DNA of 32,000 nucleotides from Longivirga aurantiaca (GTDB lineage Bacteria; Actinomycetota; Actinomycetes; S36-B12; CAIYMF01): NCBI RefSeq assembly GCF_042660085.1, contig NZ_JBHSTI010000008.1, positions 1,117,836 to 1,149,835 of the forward strand, read 5' to 3'. Shown piece by piece: positions 1 to 9,600 of this stretch (position 1 is its first letter; each line of letters starts with the position of its first letter). The notes under the pieces were generated by a model. It saw only the letters and a program-made list of their open reading frames with translations, ran no database searches and was not told where the DNA came from. The position numbers and the translations under genes were made by a program.

Positions 1-292
1 CGACCCGGACGACGTCCTCGGGCCTGACGCCGGCGAGGCGCAGGATCTCCTCGTCGATGACCCGGACGCCGTCCTCTCCGAGAGCCCCCATGGCCAGCTC
101 CGGCTGGTAGGGGACGCCGAGCTTGCGCACGACGATCACGTCGAGCGGCGCCCCGAGCTCCCGCGCCACCTGAGCGGCGACCGGCACACCACCACGAGGG
201 AGCCCGAGCACGACGAGGTCGGGGCCGCGGAACCGGGCCAGCTGCTGGGCCAGAAGACGACCGGCCTCGATACGGTCGGCGAACGCCACCAT
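1..292 (-). CDS. phosphoribosyltransferase-fold protein, N-terminal part (gene continues past window start)
   Basis: Not in the ORF track because it runs off the window edge. Reverse translation from ATG 292-290 reads [89 protein letters not shown]... [11 protein letters not shown] and DVIVVRKLG resemble type I PRTase-fold proteins. GGGAGG (revcomp of 299-304) lies 6 nt upstream of the ATG. GC3 bias is strong. Confidence 0.7.
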   Translation of the reverse strand, partial: MVAFADRIEAGRLLAQQLARFRGPDLVVLGLPRGGVPVAAQVARELGAPLDVIVVRKLGVPYQPELAMGALGEDGVRVIDEEILRLAGVRPEDVVRV

Positions 293-587
293 CACGCACC
301 TCCCGAGCGCGTCGCACGCGTCCGGCGCGGGGGCCGTGCGGCCTCGCCCGCACCTTCATTCTGGCACCACCGAGCGGCGACATGCCCGCCCTCGCACGGG
401 GATCCCGTGCGCCGACGAGCGCCTCAGCCGCCAGCACGGTGTGGTGGCGAGCTTCTCGCGCGCGCTCACCGAGGGCCTGCACGTCGACCAGACCCAGGCC
501 GAGTTCGACGCGGCGCTCGACGCCTCGATCGCGAGCATCTTCCGCGCCTCGCTCACCTGACCCGGACCAGCGGCCGGCATCGCACGC

Positions 588-1463
588 TCAACCGGTGGGC
601 GGCGGGACGACCATCACCGGGCAGGCCGCGCCGTGGACCAGGGCGGCGGTCACCGAGCCCTGCCGCATCCCGAGGAAGTGGCCGCGTCCGTGGGCCCCGA
701 CCACGACGAGCTGAGCGGTCTGCGCTGCCTGCAGGAGCGCCGACGCCGGGTGCGCCTGGATCACGCGCATGTCGACCTCGAGGTCGGGGTAGTCGGCGCC
801 GATCTCGTCCACCATCTGCGCGGCCAGCTGCTCGGCGCCCGCCTGCAGCTCGCGGGCCAGGTCGGGCGGTGGGAGGTAGATCCCGTAGCCGGTGGGGTTG
901 AGGTCCTGCCATGCATGCACCATGAGCAGCCGCGAGCCGCGGCACGACGCCTCGTCGGCCGCAGCCCGGAGGGCGGCGTACGACGCCTTCGAGCCGTCGA
1001 CGCCCACCGCGATGGGCCCGGTCGAACGATCAGCAGTCCCGTGCACGACCACGGCGGGGCAGTGCGCCTGCGCGCTCACGTGCCGGCTGACGGAGCCGAG
1101 CAGCACCTCGGCGACGCGCGAGCGACCGCGCGCTCCGACCACCACCATGCTCGCCTCCCCGCTCGCCGTCAGCATCGCCGACGCGGGATGCCCCGCGACG
1201 TGCTGGGCCGTGACCACCAGCTCCGGCCACGCGCGTGTCACGCGGGTGACTGCGTCGTCGACGTACCCGGGGCGACCGCCCACGGTCGGGGTCGGGACCG
1301 CGGGAACGCCCGGCGTGACCGCCACCCAGTTGGGCTCGATCACGGTGAGCACGACGAGCGGCAGGCGGCGGAGCGCCGCCTCGTGGGCCGCCCAGTCCAC
1401 GGCGGCGGTGGCTCCCGGGGACCCGTCCGTGCCGACGATGATCGGGAGTCTCGACCTGGTCAT
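588..1463 (-). CDS. universal stress protein, tandem UspA domains
   Basis: ORF track gives 588..1466. I prefer ATG 1463 because GGAGG sits 6 nt upstream. There are two Usp halves (IIVGTDGSPGA... and IAVGVDGSKAS...). Each ends in the ATP-binding Usp signature G-x2-G-x9-G[ST]: VVVGARGRSRVAEVLLGSVS and VVVGAHGRGHFLGMRQGSVT. Confidence 0.9.
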   Translation of the reverse strand: MTRSRLPIIVGTDGSPGATAAVDWAAHEAALRRLPLVVLTVIEPNWVAVTPGVPAVPTPTVGGRPGYVDDAVTRVTRAWPELVVTAQHVAGHPASAMLTASGEASMVVVGARGRSRVAEVLLGSVSRHVSAQAHCPAVVVHGTADRSTGPIAVGVDGSKASYAALRAAADEASCRGSRLLMVHAWQDLNPTGYGIYLPPPDLARELQAGAEQLAAQMVDEIGADYPDLEVDMRVIQAHPASALLQAAQTAQLVVVGAHGRGHFLGMRQGSVTAALVHGAACPVMVVPPPTG

Positions 1464-1585
1464 CACGCACCTCCTCGAGGAGGTGGCGCCACCATCGGGA
1501 GCCGACGCGGGCGTCCTGCTCCTCTACCCCGATTCTGCGCCCGCCGACATGCGGATGCCACAGCAGGAGGGCTCGCAACCGCGTC

Positions 1586-1771
1586 GAGGCGCGTAGGTGG
1601 GTGGCGGATCCGTCGCAGGGCGCACGCTGGCTACCCGGGTAACCAGCGAGGCGCGTAGGTGGGTGGCGGATCCGTCGCAGGGCGCACGCTGGCTACCGGG
1701 GTAACCAGCGAGGCTCGTGGGTGAGTGCGGAATCTGTCGCAGAGCGCACGCTGGTTACCCGGGTTGGCGGG
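1586..1771 (+). repeat. three tandem 62-bp units of the GTTACCCGGGTAAC-core REP-like family
   Basis: Units 1586-1647 and 1648-1709 are near identical (CTACCCGGGTAACC vs CTACCGGGGTAACC). The third unit, 1710-1771, has the canonical module GAGTGCGGAATCTGTCGCAGAGCGCACGCTGGTTACCCGGGTT. The array lies between the USP start and the stop of the 1782..2723 gene. Confidence 0.9.
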
Positions 1772-1781
1772 TGCGAGGCGG

Positions 1782-2723
1782 CTACTCCGCGGCCAGGGTG
1801 CGCAGCTCGGCGATGGCCTTGCCCGCAGTCCTGAGGTAGTACCACGGCCAGTCCTGGATGCGGTCGCCGAGCGCGTCGATCTGGTGTGCGCCCTCGGCCT
1901 TGTTCTCGCTCACGTACGACGTCATCGCGAAGGTGTTGCGGGCGATGACTCCGGCGGCGTCGTCGGGGAAGCCGGGCAGCCACGAGGAGGCCGCGGCGTC
2001 AGCGAGCTCCTGTGCGACGGCCGCCGAGGAGATGTAGCCGCGCGGAGGCTTGCCGCTGACCCAGTACTCGAGGTGCGCGATGCCGATCAGCTCGTTGAGC
2101 GGCGACGGCGCGGAGGTGTCGCGGTGCTCCCGGGCGAACGCGAACATCTGCTCGTGGCTGCCGCTCCACTTCTCGCAGATGCCCTGCAGCGCCTGCTCGT
2201 GCAGGGCGAGGAACGACTGCCCGCCCGCCGCGACACCGCGGTCGAACCGGGCCCTTACCTCCGACGGGCCGTACTGCAGACCACGGCCGAGGAGTACGGC
2301 GGTGCACCACGACAGGGGAGCGCTCGCCCACGGGGTGAGCGCAGGCTGCAGCACCCGCTCGGCCGCCTCGAGGTAGCCGAAGAACCCCTCGAACTTGCGG
2401 GCGCCGACCGTCTCGGCCATCCCGTGGCCGCGGATCGCCCAGCCGGCCTGCACGAGCGCCTGCGCGTAGACGGTCGAGGCGAACGGGTCGTCCTGCTTCG
2501 TGTCGTACCACGCCTGGATGCGGTCGAGGTCGGCCGCGTCGTTCATCCGCGTCAGCGCCGCGTGGATGTCGTCGAGGCTCTCGGCACGGGCGGCGATGCC
2601 CTCGAACTGCGCGATCTCGCCCGCCTTGCCCGCCGCCAGGGCCTCGGTGACCGTCGCGATCCCGAGGTCGGGGCTCTCCACGAACCTGGTGCTCGGCTTG
2701 GACGTGCGCGAGAACAGACCCAC
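1782..2723 (-). CDS. hypothetical alpha-helical protein (DUF4034-like from motif memory, unverified)
   Basis: 313-aa ORF with a GTG start preceded by AAGGGGGAAG (revcomp of 2726-2735) and strong GC3 bias. The segment EKWSGSHEQMFAFAREH and the W-rich helical stretches recall DUF4034-type proteins. Confidence 0.75.
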   Translation of the reverse strand: MGLFSRTSKPSTRFVESPDLGIATVTEALAAGKAGEIAQFEGIAARAESLDDIHAALTRMNDAADLDRIQAWYDTKQDDPFASTVYAQALVQAGWAIRGHGMAETVGARKFEGFFGYLEAAERVLQPALTPWASAPLSWCTAVLLGRGLQYGPSEVRARFDRGVAAGGQSFLALHEQALQGICEKWSGSHEQMFAFAREHRDTSAPSPLNELIGIAHLEYWVSGKPPRGYISSAAVAQELADAAASSWLPGFPDDAAGVIARNTFAMTSYVSENKAEGAHQIDALGDRIQDWPWYYLRTAGKAIAELRTLAAE

Positions 2724-2780
2724 GACTTCCCCCTTCGATGTGCGGCCGATCGTAGGGCGCGGGCTCCGCTCAGGCGTGGT

Positions 2781-2903
2781 TCGGCGTACGTCGGGTGTCG
2801 AGCGTGTTCCGGGGCGCGCGCTCGGCGTACCCGGGTAACGGGAAAGGGGCGTAGCTGAGTGCCGAATCCGTCCCAGAGCGCACGCTGGTTACCCGGGTAA
2901 CGG
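2781..2903 (+). repeat. REP-like repeats: one diverged-subfamily unit plus one canonical unit
   Basis: 2781-2841 reads TCGGCGTACGTCGGGTGTCGAGCGTGTTCCGGGGCGCGCGCTCGGCGTACCCGGGTAACGG. 2854-2903 reads GCTGAGTGCCGAATCCGTCCCAGAGCGCACGCTGGTTACCCGGGTAACGG. The TACCCGGGTA cores at 2828 and 2890 are 62 bp apart. Confidence 0.85.
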
Positions 2904-2907
2904 CCGA

Positions 2908-3000
2908 TCAGTCGGTGGGGAGCGCGGGGCGGTGCATCACGGCCCAGGTGGGCGCGACCTCGACGCGGTCGTGGTAAGCCTTCGCGTCGCCGTCGCCGCG
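2908..3000 (-). pseudogene. 3'-terminal stub of a PNPOx-like gene (paralog of 14129..14452)
   Basis: Reverse translation ends ...GDGDAKAYHDRVEVAPTWAVMHRPALPTD*. This parallels the C-terminus VDGDAHVEGDRMEVTPTWAVMHRPALAGD* of the intact 107-aa copy. Similarity is lost upstream of about 3000. The 102-aa track ORF 2908..3216 overlaps the RCC1 gene start and has no recognisable N-terminal homology. Confidence 0.6.
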
Positions 3001-3161
3001 ACCTCGACCGCGCACCTCACGGGTTCCCGCCGTCGCATCGGGGTCGCCCAGCCTGCTGGCGGCGGACGCCCGGACCGACGCGTGGGGCACCCCGGGCAAA
3101 TGCCCGATGCGGCCCCGAGCCGGCGTCCCTAGCGTCGCGGCGAGGTCGGGGAGGCTCAACG

Positions 3162-6100
3162 ATGATGGGACGAACAGTGCGGGGCAGTCGGGCACGGGGT
3201 CGTACGGCTGGATCACCTCTTCGTCGCGGCGTGGTGGGCGCCTGCGTCCTCGCCCTCACCGCGTCGTTGCTGTCGATGACAGGGGCAGGCAGCGCGGTGG
3301 GTGCCTCCCTTCCCGCGGCCGTGGTCGCACCTCAGGCCGTGGACGCCGCTGCTGCCGTCCCGGCCAACGTGACCGTCGGGCGAGGGCACGCCTGCGCCCT
3401 CATGGCGACCGGATACGTGTGGTGCTGGGGGCGCAACGACCGCGGCCAGCTCGGCTACCCGAGCGCGACGACCCCCGGCGAGCCGCGCCCGGTGCCCGGC
3501 ATCTCCACGGCGGTGCAGGTGGTCGCCGGCGATCTGCACACCTGCGCCCGGCTCACCGATGGCACGGTGAAGTGCTGGGGGGCCAACGGTTCGGGTCAGC
3601 TCGGCAACGCCTTGACCGTCGACAGCTCGGCGCCGGTCGCAGCGATTGGGCTCTCGGGGGTCACCGATCTCACGGCTGGACGGGCGCACACGTGTGCCGT
3701 CGCGAACGGCCTCGTCTCGTGCTGGGGATCGAACGGGTTCGGCCAGCTCGGGCTCGGCAGTGTGCGCGAAGCGCGCCTCGGCCTGACCCAGTTGGCGCAG
3801 TTCTATGCGATCGGCGTCGGTTCGAACGCCACGGACGACAACGGGGACCTCGTGCTCTCCGACGCAGCGACCAACGGCACGCTCGGCAGCGGATCGGTCG
3901 TCCGGTACGGCGACGACGGCGTGATCAAGTCGTTCTGGAGCATCCCCGGAAGCACTCTCGTAGGTGGCGTCGCAACCGCCCGCGACGGGTCGCGCACCTA
4001 CGTCGCCAGCGCGTTCCCGGGTCAGGCCGTGGTCTGGGTGCTGTCCGGTACGACGACGATCGAACGCACGTGGAGCCTGGTGAGCAGCGTCCCGGGCTGC
4101 GTGACTGCGAGCTGCAGCGTCGTCGGCCTGACCACCGACGCCAACGGCACGGTCTACGCCGCGGTTCAGCGGTTCGATGGGGCCGGCGTCTCTCGAGCCT
4201 CGTTCATCGCGTCGGCGTCGAAGGAGGGACTCCCGCTCGGCGTGACCGATGTGACCGCTCAGATGACCGTCATCTCCGACGTCACCTGGGTCCCGGGGGC
4301 GAACCGGGGGACGGTGTGGGTGCTCGGTACCAACCTGGTCAACCCGTCGCCCTTCAACCCGTCACCCACCCTGTCGTCCTTCGCCATCCCGGCCACCGCC
4401 GGCTCGTCCCTGGTCTTCCTCAACAAGAAGTCGGCGTACGCCGCGGTGGAGAGCTGCGTGCCCTCGGAGGATTACGTGCTGGCGGATCAGACGACGCTCA
4501 GCGGCACTGCCTTCTACCGCCACCGACACACGTACCCGCTCGTCAACAGCCTCCGCCTCGGAACCGCAGCGGACGGCCAGCTGCTGCTCTCGGCCGACTA
4601 CTCCCAGGGCCGGCGTCTGGAGAACACCTTCACGACCAACCCTGCGGCCCCGGTGGACATCCAGACCAACTACACCAACGAGACGCCTGCCGAGGTCGCA
4701 GACTGCGTGATGGTCGTGGACCCCGCGGCCTCGTCAACGCAGGCAGCCAGCGTGGTCTTCACGGTCCGGGGCAGCGCGGGCGATCTCACGGATCTCCGGA
4801 AGCCGTTGGACGCAACGGAGTCCGGTGATGGCGGCATCATCGTCTCCGACCCCTCGTACGCCGCTGCCAGCCCCGCGAGGCTCCAGCGCTTCAACGCGGT
4901 GGGCTCGGTCACTCAGTGGGGCCGGGTGCCGATCCGCACGATCCCGACGCCGCTGATGCCGTTGCAGGCCCTGCAGCCCGGGCAGGCTGCACCGACCATG
5001 AGCAGCGTGTTCGCGGGTGCGCATCACACGTGCGCTTCCGGCGTCGTGAACGGCCAGCCGACCACGCTGTGCTGGGGCAGCAGCTCCTCCGGCCAGACGG
5101 GATGGCCCGCCTCGGGCGCGTCGGCCCTGCGCTTCGGCCTCCCTCCGTCGGACACCGGCGACCAGAGCAGCTTCCCGATCGCCATGCCCGTGATCGGCGC
5201 CGGAGTGGGCAGCGGCGGTCTGGCGCACACGTGCATCGCCCAGAACGGGTCGCCTCGTCAGATGACCTGCTGGGGCGCCAACGACAGCGGCCAGACGCGG
5301 CTCAACACGGTCGAGGGCGACATCTGGCGGAACGGCGGCACTCCCACGACCGTGCCGGTGACCGAGCTGGACTCAGGCGACCTCACCACGTGCACGATCG
5401 AGTCCACCGACCTGAAGCGCGTGCAGTGCTACGGATCGGACGCTTACGGGCAGACCTCGGTGCGTCCGGGCGCGTGCCTGAACAACCTGGACTTCGTGCA
5501 GACGGCCGGCTGCCAGCAGGTCGGTGGAGCGATGCACATCTCCGCCGGGCCTACCACGACGTGCGCTGCGACCGCCACCGGCATCGTCTGCTGGGGCGAC
5601 AACGCGTGGGGGACTCTGGCGACGTATGGCTCGCCTCTGGGCGCCGTCGGCGTCCCGCTCGAGGTGCCGAGCACGTTCATCGTGAGCGCCCCCGCGACGC
5701 TCGATGGAAGCCTCGTGGCGCGGTTCGGCACCAACCTGGACGCGCTCGACGCCACGACCGACGTGGTGCTCCGCGTCAAGGGATCGGCGAGTGCCCTGGC
5801 AAGCACGAAGAGTGTGTCGGCCGACCGTCGGACAGTGAGCATCAAGCCGGCAGCGCCACTCGTCGCCGGGCAGCAGTACGAAGTCGCAGTCAACACCGGC
5901 AGCGCCACAGCGCTCACCTCCGGCGGCCTGCCGCTGACCCCGTCCGTGGTGAGTGCCAGAGCCGCGACGGCGCTGGGTGACACCAGCCCGGCCAATACGG
6001 CGGCCTGGCCAAAGGTCAGCAGCAGCACAGCCCTGGGGGGCTCGTACGTGACGGAGCGGACGGCAGGAGCATCCGCGAAGTTCGCGTTCACGGGCAGCTC

Positions 6101-6680
6101 CGTCGCCCTGCTGACGCGCAAGGGGCCGAGCCAGGGCAAGGTCGTGGTCTCGGTCGGCGCGGTATCCAAGACGTTGGACCTGTACTCCGCCACTGCCGTC
6201 AACCGGTTCAAGGTCGCCCTCACCGGTCTCGGCGCCGGCCCCCACACGCTGACGGTCAAGGTGCTGGGCACCCGCAACACCAGGTCGACGGGCACCTCGG
6301 TGGCGATCGACGGGTTCTCGGTGGGAGCGGTCACCTCGGCCACGCCGACCTTGACTCCTTCCTGGGCAGCTGTGTCCTCCTCGACCGCTTCGGCGAAGCG
6401 ATACGTCCGCTCCCAGCAGGCAGGCGCCACGTACACGGTCACGTTCCGCGGCACACGCATCAACTGGCTGACGTTCGTAGGCCCCGACTTCGGTGACGCC
6501 AAGGTCGTGATCGACGGGAAGGCGAAGGGGACGTTCGCGCTCTACGCGACGGCCACGAAGGCCCGCACGGTCGCCTTCACGGGGCTGACCGACGCGGTGC
6601 ACAAGCTGACCGTCACCGTCGCGGGCACGGGCACGGGCACCAAGGACTTCGTCGCAGTCGACGGTTGGACCGTCTCATGA
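3162..6680 (+). CDS. secreted RCC1-repeat (ATS1-like) beta-propeller protein with inserted second propeller-like domain and C-terminal beta-sandwich repeats
   Basis: 1172-aa ORF with GGGGAGG (3148-3154) 7 nt before the ATG. A signal-like N-terminus is present (RRGVVGACVLALTASLLSMTGAGSAVGA). There are seven RCC1-type blades: CWGRNDRGQLG, CWGANGSGQLG, CWGSNGFGQLG, then CWGSSSSGQTG, CWGANDSGQTR, CYGSDAYGQTS, CWGDNAWGTLA. An insert of about 400 aa separates blades 3 and 4. An Ig-like segment follows (aa ~838-930). Two tandem ~110-aa repeats close the protein (AAWPKVSSSTALGGSYV... and PSWAAVSSSTASAKRYV...). Confidence 0.9.
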   Translation: MMGRTVRGSRARGRTAGSPLRRGVVGACVLALTASLLSMTGAGSAVGASLPAAVVAPQAVDAAAAVPANVTVGRGHACALMATGYVWCWGRNDRGQLGYPSATTPGEPRPVPGISTAVQVVAGDLHTCARLTDGTVKCWGANGSGQLGNALTVDSSAPVAAIGLSGVTDLTAGRAHTCAVANGLVSCWGSNGFGQLGLGSVREARLGLTQLAQFYAIGVGSNATDDNGDLVLSDAATNGTLGSGSVVRYGDDGVIKSFWSIPGSTLVGGVATARDGSRTYVASAFPGQAVVWVLSGTTTIERTWSLVSSVPGCVTASCSVVGLTTDANGTVYAAVQRFDGAGVSRASFIASASKEGLPLGVTDVTAQMTVISDVTWVPGANRGTVWVLGTNLVNPSPFNPSPTLSSFAIPATAGSSLVFLNKKSAYAAVESCVPSEDYVLADQTTLSGTAFYRHRHTYPLVNSLRLGTAADGQLLLSADYSQGRRLENTFTTNPAAPVDIQTNYTNETPAEVADCVMVVDPAASSTQAASVVFTVRGSAGDLTDLRKPLDATESGDGGIIVSDPSYAAASPARLQRFNAVGSVTQWGRVPIRTIPTPLMPLQALQPGQAAPTMSSVFAGAHHTCASGVVNGQPTTLCWGSSSSGQTGWPASGASALRFGLPPSDTGDQSSFPIAMPVIGAGVGSGGLAHTCIAQNGSPRQMTCWGANDSGQTRLNTVEGDIWRNGGTPTTVPVTELDSGDLTTCTIESTDLKRVQCYGSDAYGQTSVRPGACLNNLDFVQTAGCQQVGGAMHISAGPTTTCAATATGIVCWGDNAWGTLATYGSPLGAVGVPLEVPSTFIVSAPATLDGSLVARFGTNLDALDATTDVVLRVKGSASALASTKSVSADRRTVSIKPAAPLVAGQQYEVAVNTGSATALTSGGLPLTPSVVSARAATALGDTSPANTAAWPKVSSSTALGGSYVTERTAGASAKFAFTGSSVALLTRKGPSQGKVVVSVGAVSKTLDLYSATAVNRFKVALTGLGAGPHTLTVKVLGTRNTRSTGTSVAIDGFSVGAVTSATPTLTPSWAAVSSSTASAKRYVRSQQAGATYTVTFRGTRINWLTFVGPDFGDAKVVIDGKAKGTFALYATATKARTVAFTGLTDAVHKLTVTVAGTGTGTKDFVAVDGWTVS

Positions 6681-9600
6681 GCACCGCAACCCGTGTCCGC
6701 CTCACCTCGAAGGGCTCCATGCCGATGTCTCGCTTCACCGCCCTCCTCTGCGTGGGTGTGATGCTGTCCCTCGGGCTGGGTGCGGCGTCCTCCTACTCCT
6801 CTGGCGCCGAGGCGGCGACCGCAACGGCGACCGCGGCGGTTGTCCCAGCGGCGGCACCGGCGCCGGGCAGCGAGTGCCTCGATGACGTGACCGGCGAGTC
6901 CGAGCCGTGCGACTTCGGGATGGAGCCGGTGCGCTTCCCGTCCGGTCGCACGATCGGCGAGTACGAGAGCGCGGTGCTGACCCGCAGCGCGGCCAACCGC
7001 GCCTCGACCGTGTCGATGAACGACTTCACCACCGGGGTCCTGCTCGGCTCCTGCGTCCCTGACGTCGCATCGTGCGGCCTGGACAACCGCGTCCGAGTCG
7101 GCGACGACGGCCCGTTGTACACGGACGCGACCCCGGTCCTCCCGTCGTCGGCGTCGACCACCGTCGGTGACACCGCCGTGGCGAAGGCCGACTTCAATGG
7201 CGACGGCCGCGAGGACGTCGTCACTGCGGCGCTGTGCCCCGTGCTGGGAGGCGGCACGCCGAGCGAGATCTGCCTTCGGGCGTACGACCCTGACACGGAC
7301 TCGTGGTCGTCGTGGAGCCCGACGGGTCTGGTGGCGGACTCGGTGAAGGCCGTGGGACGCATCAAGCTCGCTGCCGGACGGATCGCGCAGACGACGGCGA
7401 AGGTGACGGGAGCGTCCTTCACCACGTCGGCTGACGGCTCGAACCTCCTCATGCGCCTCACGACGGACATCCCCCACCGCCTCACCACGAGCGATGCGCT
7501 GCGGTTCGACGCGGCCGGCGTGGCCGAGCTTGCTTCCGCGCTGTGCCTTCCGGCCGATGACGACGGCACCGAGCCGTTGTGCGCGGGAGATCTCGCCGAG
7601 GGGCTGTGGCCGATCGAGTCGATCGCGACCGATCGCCTCTCCTTCGTCGTGGCACTGGGGACGCTTCAGGACGCGAGCGCCACGGCGACCTGCCCTCCGG
7701 AGGGCTTCCGCTGCCTCGCGGACGGCACCCGTGAGCCCTTGGACTGGAGCAGCGACACCGGGTTCGGCGTCACGGGGACCAACCAGGGCCTCGCCGTGGC
7801 CTGGGTCGCGCCTTCGGCCTCGGTGCAGCTCGCGACGTTCATCGTCCGACTGGGCACGACGGCGCCGTTCTCTCTCAGCGACGTCCACTCCGTCGGTGTG
7901 AGCACAGGTGCCCGACAGCCGCTCGACGTCGTGACGGGGGACTTCAACGGGGGAGCCCCCGACGAGATCGCAGTCGGCTTCGGCAGCACCTGCACCGGCC
8001 TTGCCTGCCTGCGCGTGCGCATCTTCCGCTGGAACGACTCCAAGCAGCTGGTCCCTGTCGGAGCGGCCAACGCACCCGCGGATGCTCCGAAGATGTCCGG
8101 AAACGCGAATCTGACCGTGTCGTCCGTCTCCCTCGCGTCCGGGCGGCTCACCAAGGCTGCCGGGACCAACCTCGACGGCGACGACCTGCTCGTCGCCGTC
8201 CAGAGCACCAGCGGAACGATCGGGTGCCCGGTGCTGCAGGCGTGCATGGCCAGGTACGCCATCACGTACGACGTCGCAGGGGACTTCGTCCCGAAGGCAG
8301 CTGCAACCACGCTGATCGAGACGGGCAGCGAGGGTCTGGTCGCTTCCCGGTACTCGTTCGTGGCCGCCGCCGCCGACTTCGACGGTGACGGCATGGACGA
8401 CCCGGTCATCGGGAGGACCACGACCCAGCTCCTCGGCACTACCGAGAGCCGGGCCGCCTTCACGGTGATCACGACCCTGTCGTCGACAGGCACCCGCCTG
8501 ACGTTCAACGGGGACGACGACATGCGCGCTGTCGGTGTCGGCGGCTCAGGACAGCTGGCGCTCGCAGCCGGGCAGGTCGGGTCTCTCGAGGACGCGAGCA
8601 GCCAAGGCTTCCCGAACGCGATCAACCCCGACATCGTCCTCGCGTGGACCTGCGTAGACACGGCCTCGTGCGGAGCTTCGGCGAGCGGCTCCAGCGTCGC
8701 CATCCTGCCGATCGCCGTGAAGATCCAGGCGACGCCTGAGTTCTTCCCCAAGGGCAAGGACAAGCTCAGCCCGAGCGACGACGGCGGCATCCCGAGCGTC
8801 CTGCCCGCGGCGCCGCTCCCTGCGACGTACAACGCGATCACGAGCGAGGCGACGCACGTGGCGCTCGCCCTGCCCGACCTGGATGCGGACAGCCAGACGC
8901 TGGGGACGCCTGTCACCTACGTGACCGTCGGCGAGGTCCGGCCCCTCATGATCCTGCGCTCGCCGCCCGTCCACTTCGACGCGTTCCCGGCGCTCATCAC
9001 GAACGACGGCAAGGTCTCCTTCACCGAGACCCGAGACACCAACGGGTGCTTCGGCGCGAAGACTCCGTCCGACTGCGACGTCGCCACCGTGTACTCGTCG
9101 ACGTCGACGCTCACCAGCTCGATCGCAGGAAGCATCAACAACTCGTGGGGCATCGGGGGATCGGTCGGCTTCAACACATGGTTCGGCGATACCAAGGAGA
9201 CGAAGGCCGGCGTCACGAAGTGCCAGACCGGTGTCTGCGCCGAGCTGACCGTCCTGCTGGAGACCGAGTACAACGGGGAGCAGGCCGACACCACCAAGGC
9301 CGGCACCAACTTCACGTACTCGTTCAGCAAGACCGCTCTCGCCGGCTCCGACGAGGTTCTCGCCTTCACCGCAGCGACCGAGACGACCGAGTACCCGATC
9401 TACCCCGGCACGTCCGTCTTCGGTGGCGAGCTCGAGCCGGGGCGGTACGTCCGCGTCGACAGCCCCGTCCAGTCGACGCTGGCATGGCGCAGCGCGACCG
9501 ACCCGGAGATCACCTCGAGCGGCTGGCAGCACTCGGTGCCGGGCAACATCCTCTCCTACCCCAAGTCCGCGAACACGCTCCCGACCGACACGAAGGCGGT

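Noticed and set aside
336-560. A 74-aa + strand ORF between the PRTase and USP genes. Its last ~50 codons (..[39 protein letters not shown]) have coding-like GC3.
   Set aside because: No RBS or plausible start precedes the well-biased part. The first third has poor codon bias, and I cannot assign the sequence to a family. It may be the 3' relic of a lost gene, but that is not supportable as a feature.
1467-1585. A search for a DosR/DevR-type box upstream of the USP gene, prompted by the USP + PRTase pairing seen in mycobacterial dormancy regulons.
   Set aside because: I could not find a convincing TTSGGGACTWWAGTCCCSAA-like palindrome by eye, so no regulatory call is made.
1586-1771. Regular 62-bp arrays here, at 26294-26405 and at 29596-29707, considered as possible CRISPR arrays.
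   Set aside because: The 'spacers' are only ~12 nt and are themselves conserved (GCGGCGGC...). Arrays have only 2-3 units. The units are dispersed singly at many loci. No cas genes are present. The behaviour is REP/BIME-like, not CRISPR.
2908-3216. A 102-aa minus-strand ORF treated as an intact gene.
   Set aside because: Only its last ~30 codons resemble the PNPOx-like paralog. The remainder is Arg/Pro/Gly-rich, overlaps the SD and start of the RCC1 gene, and has no start context. It is interpreted as a stub.
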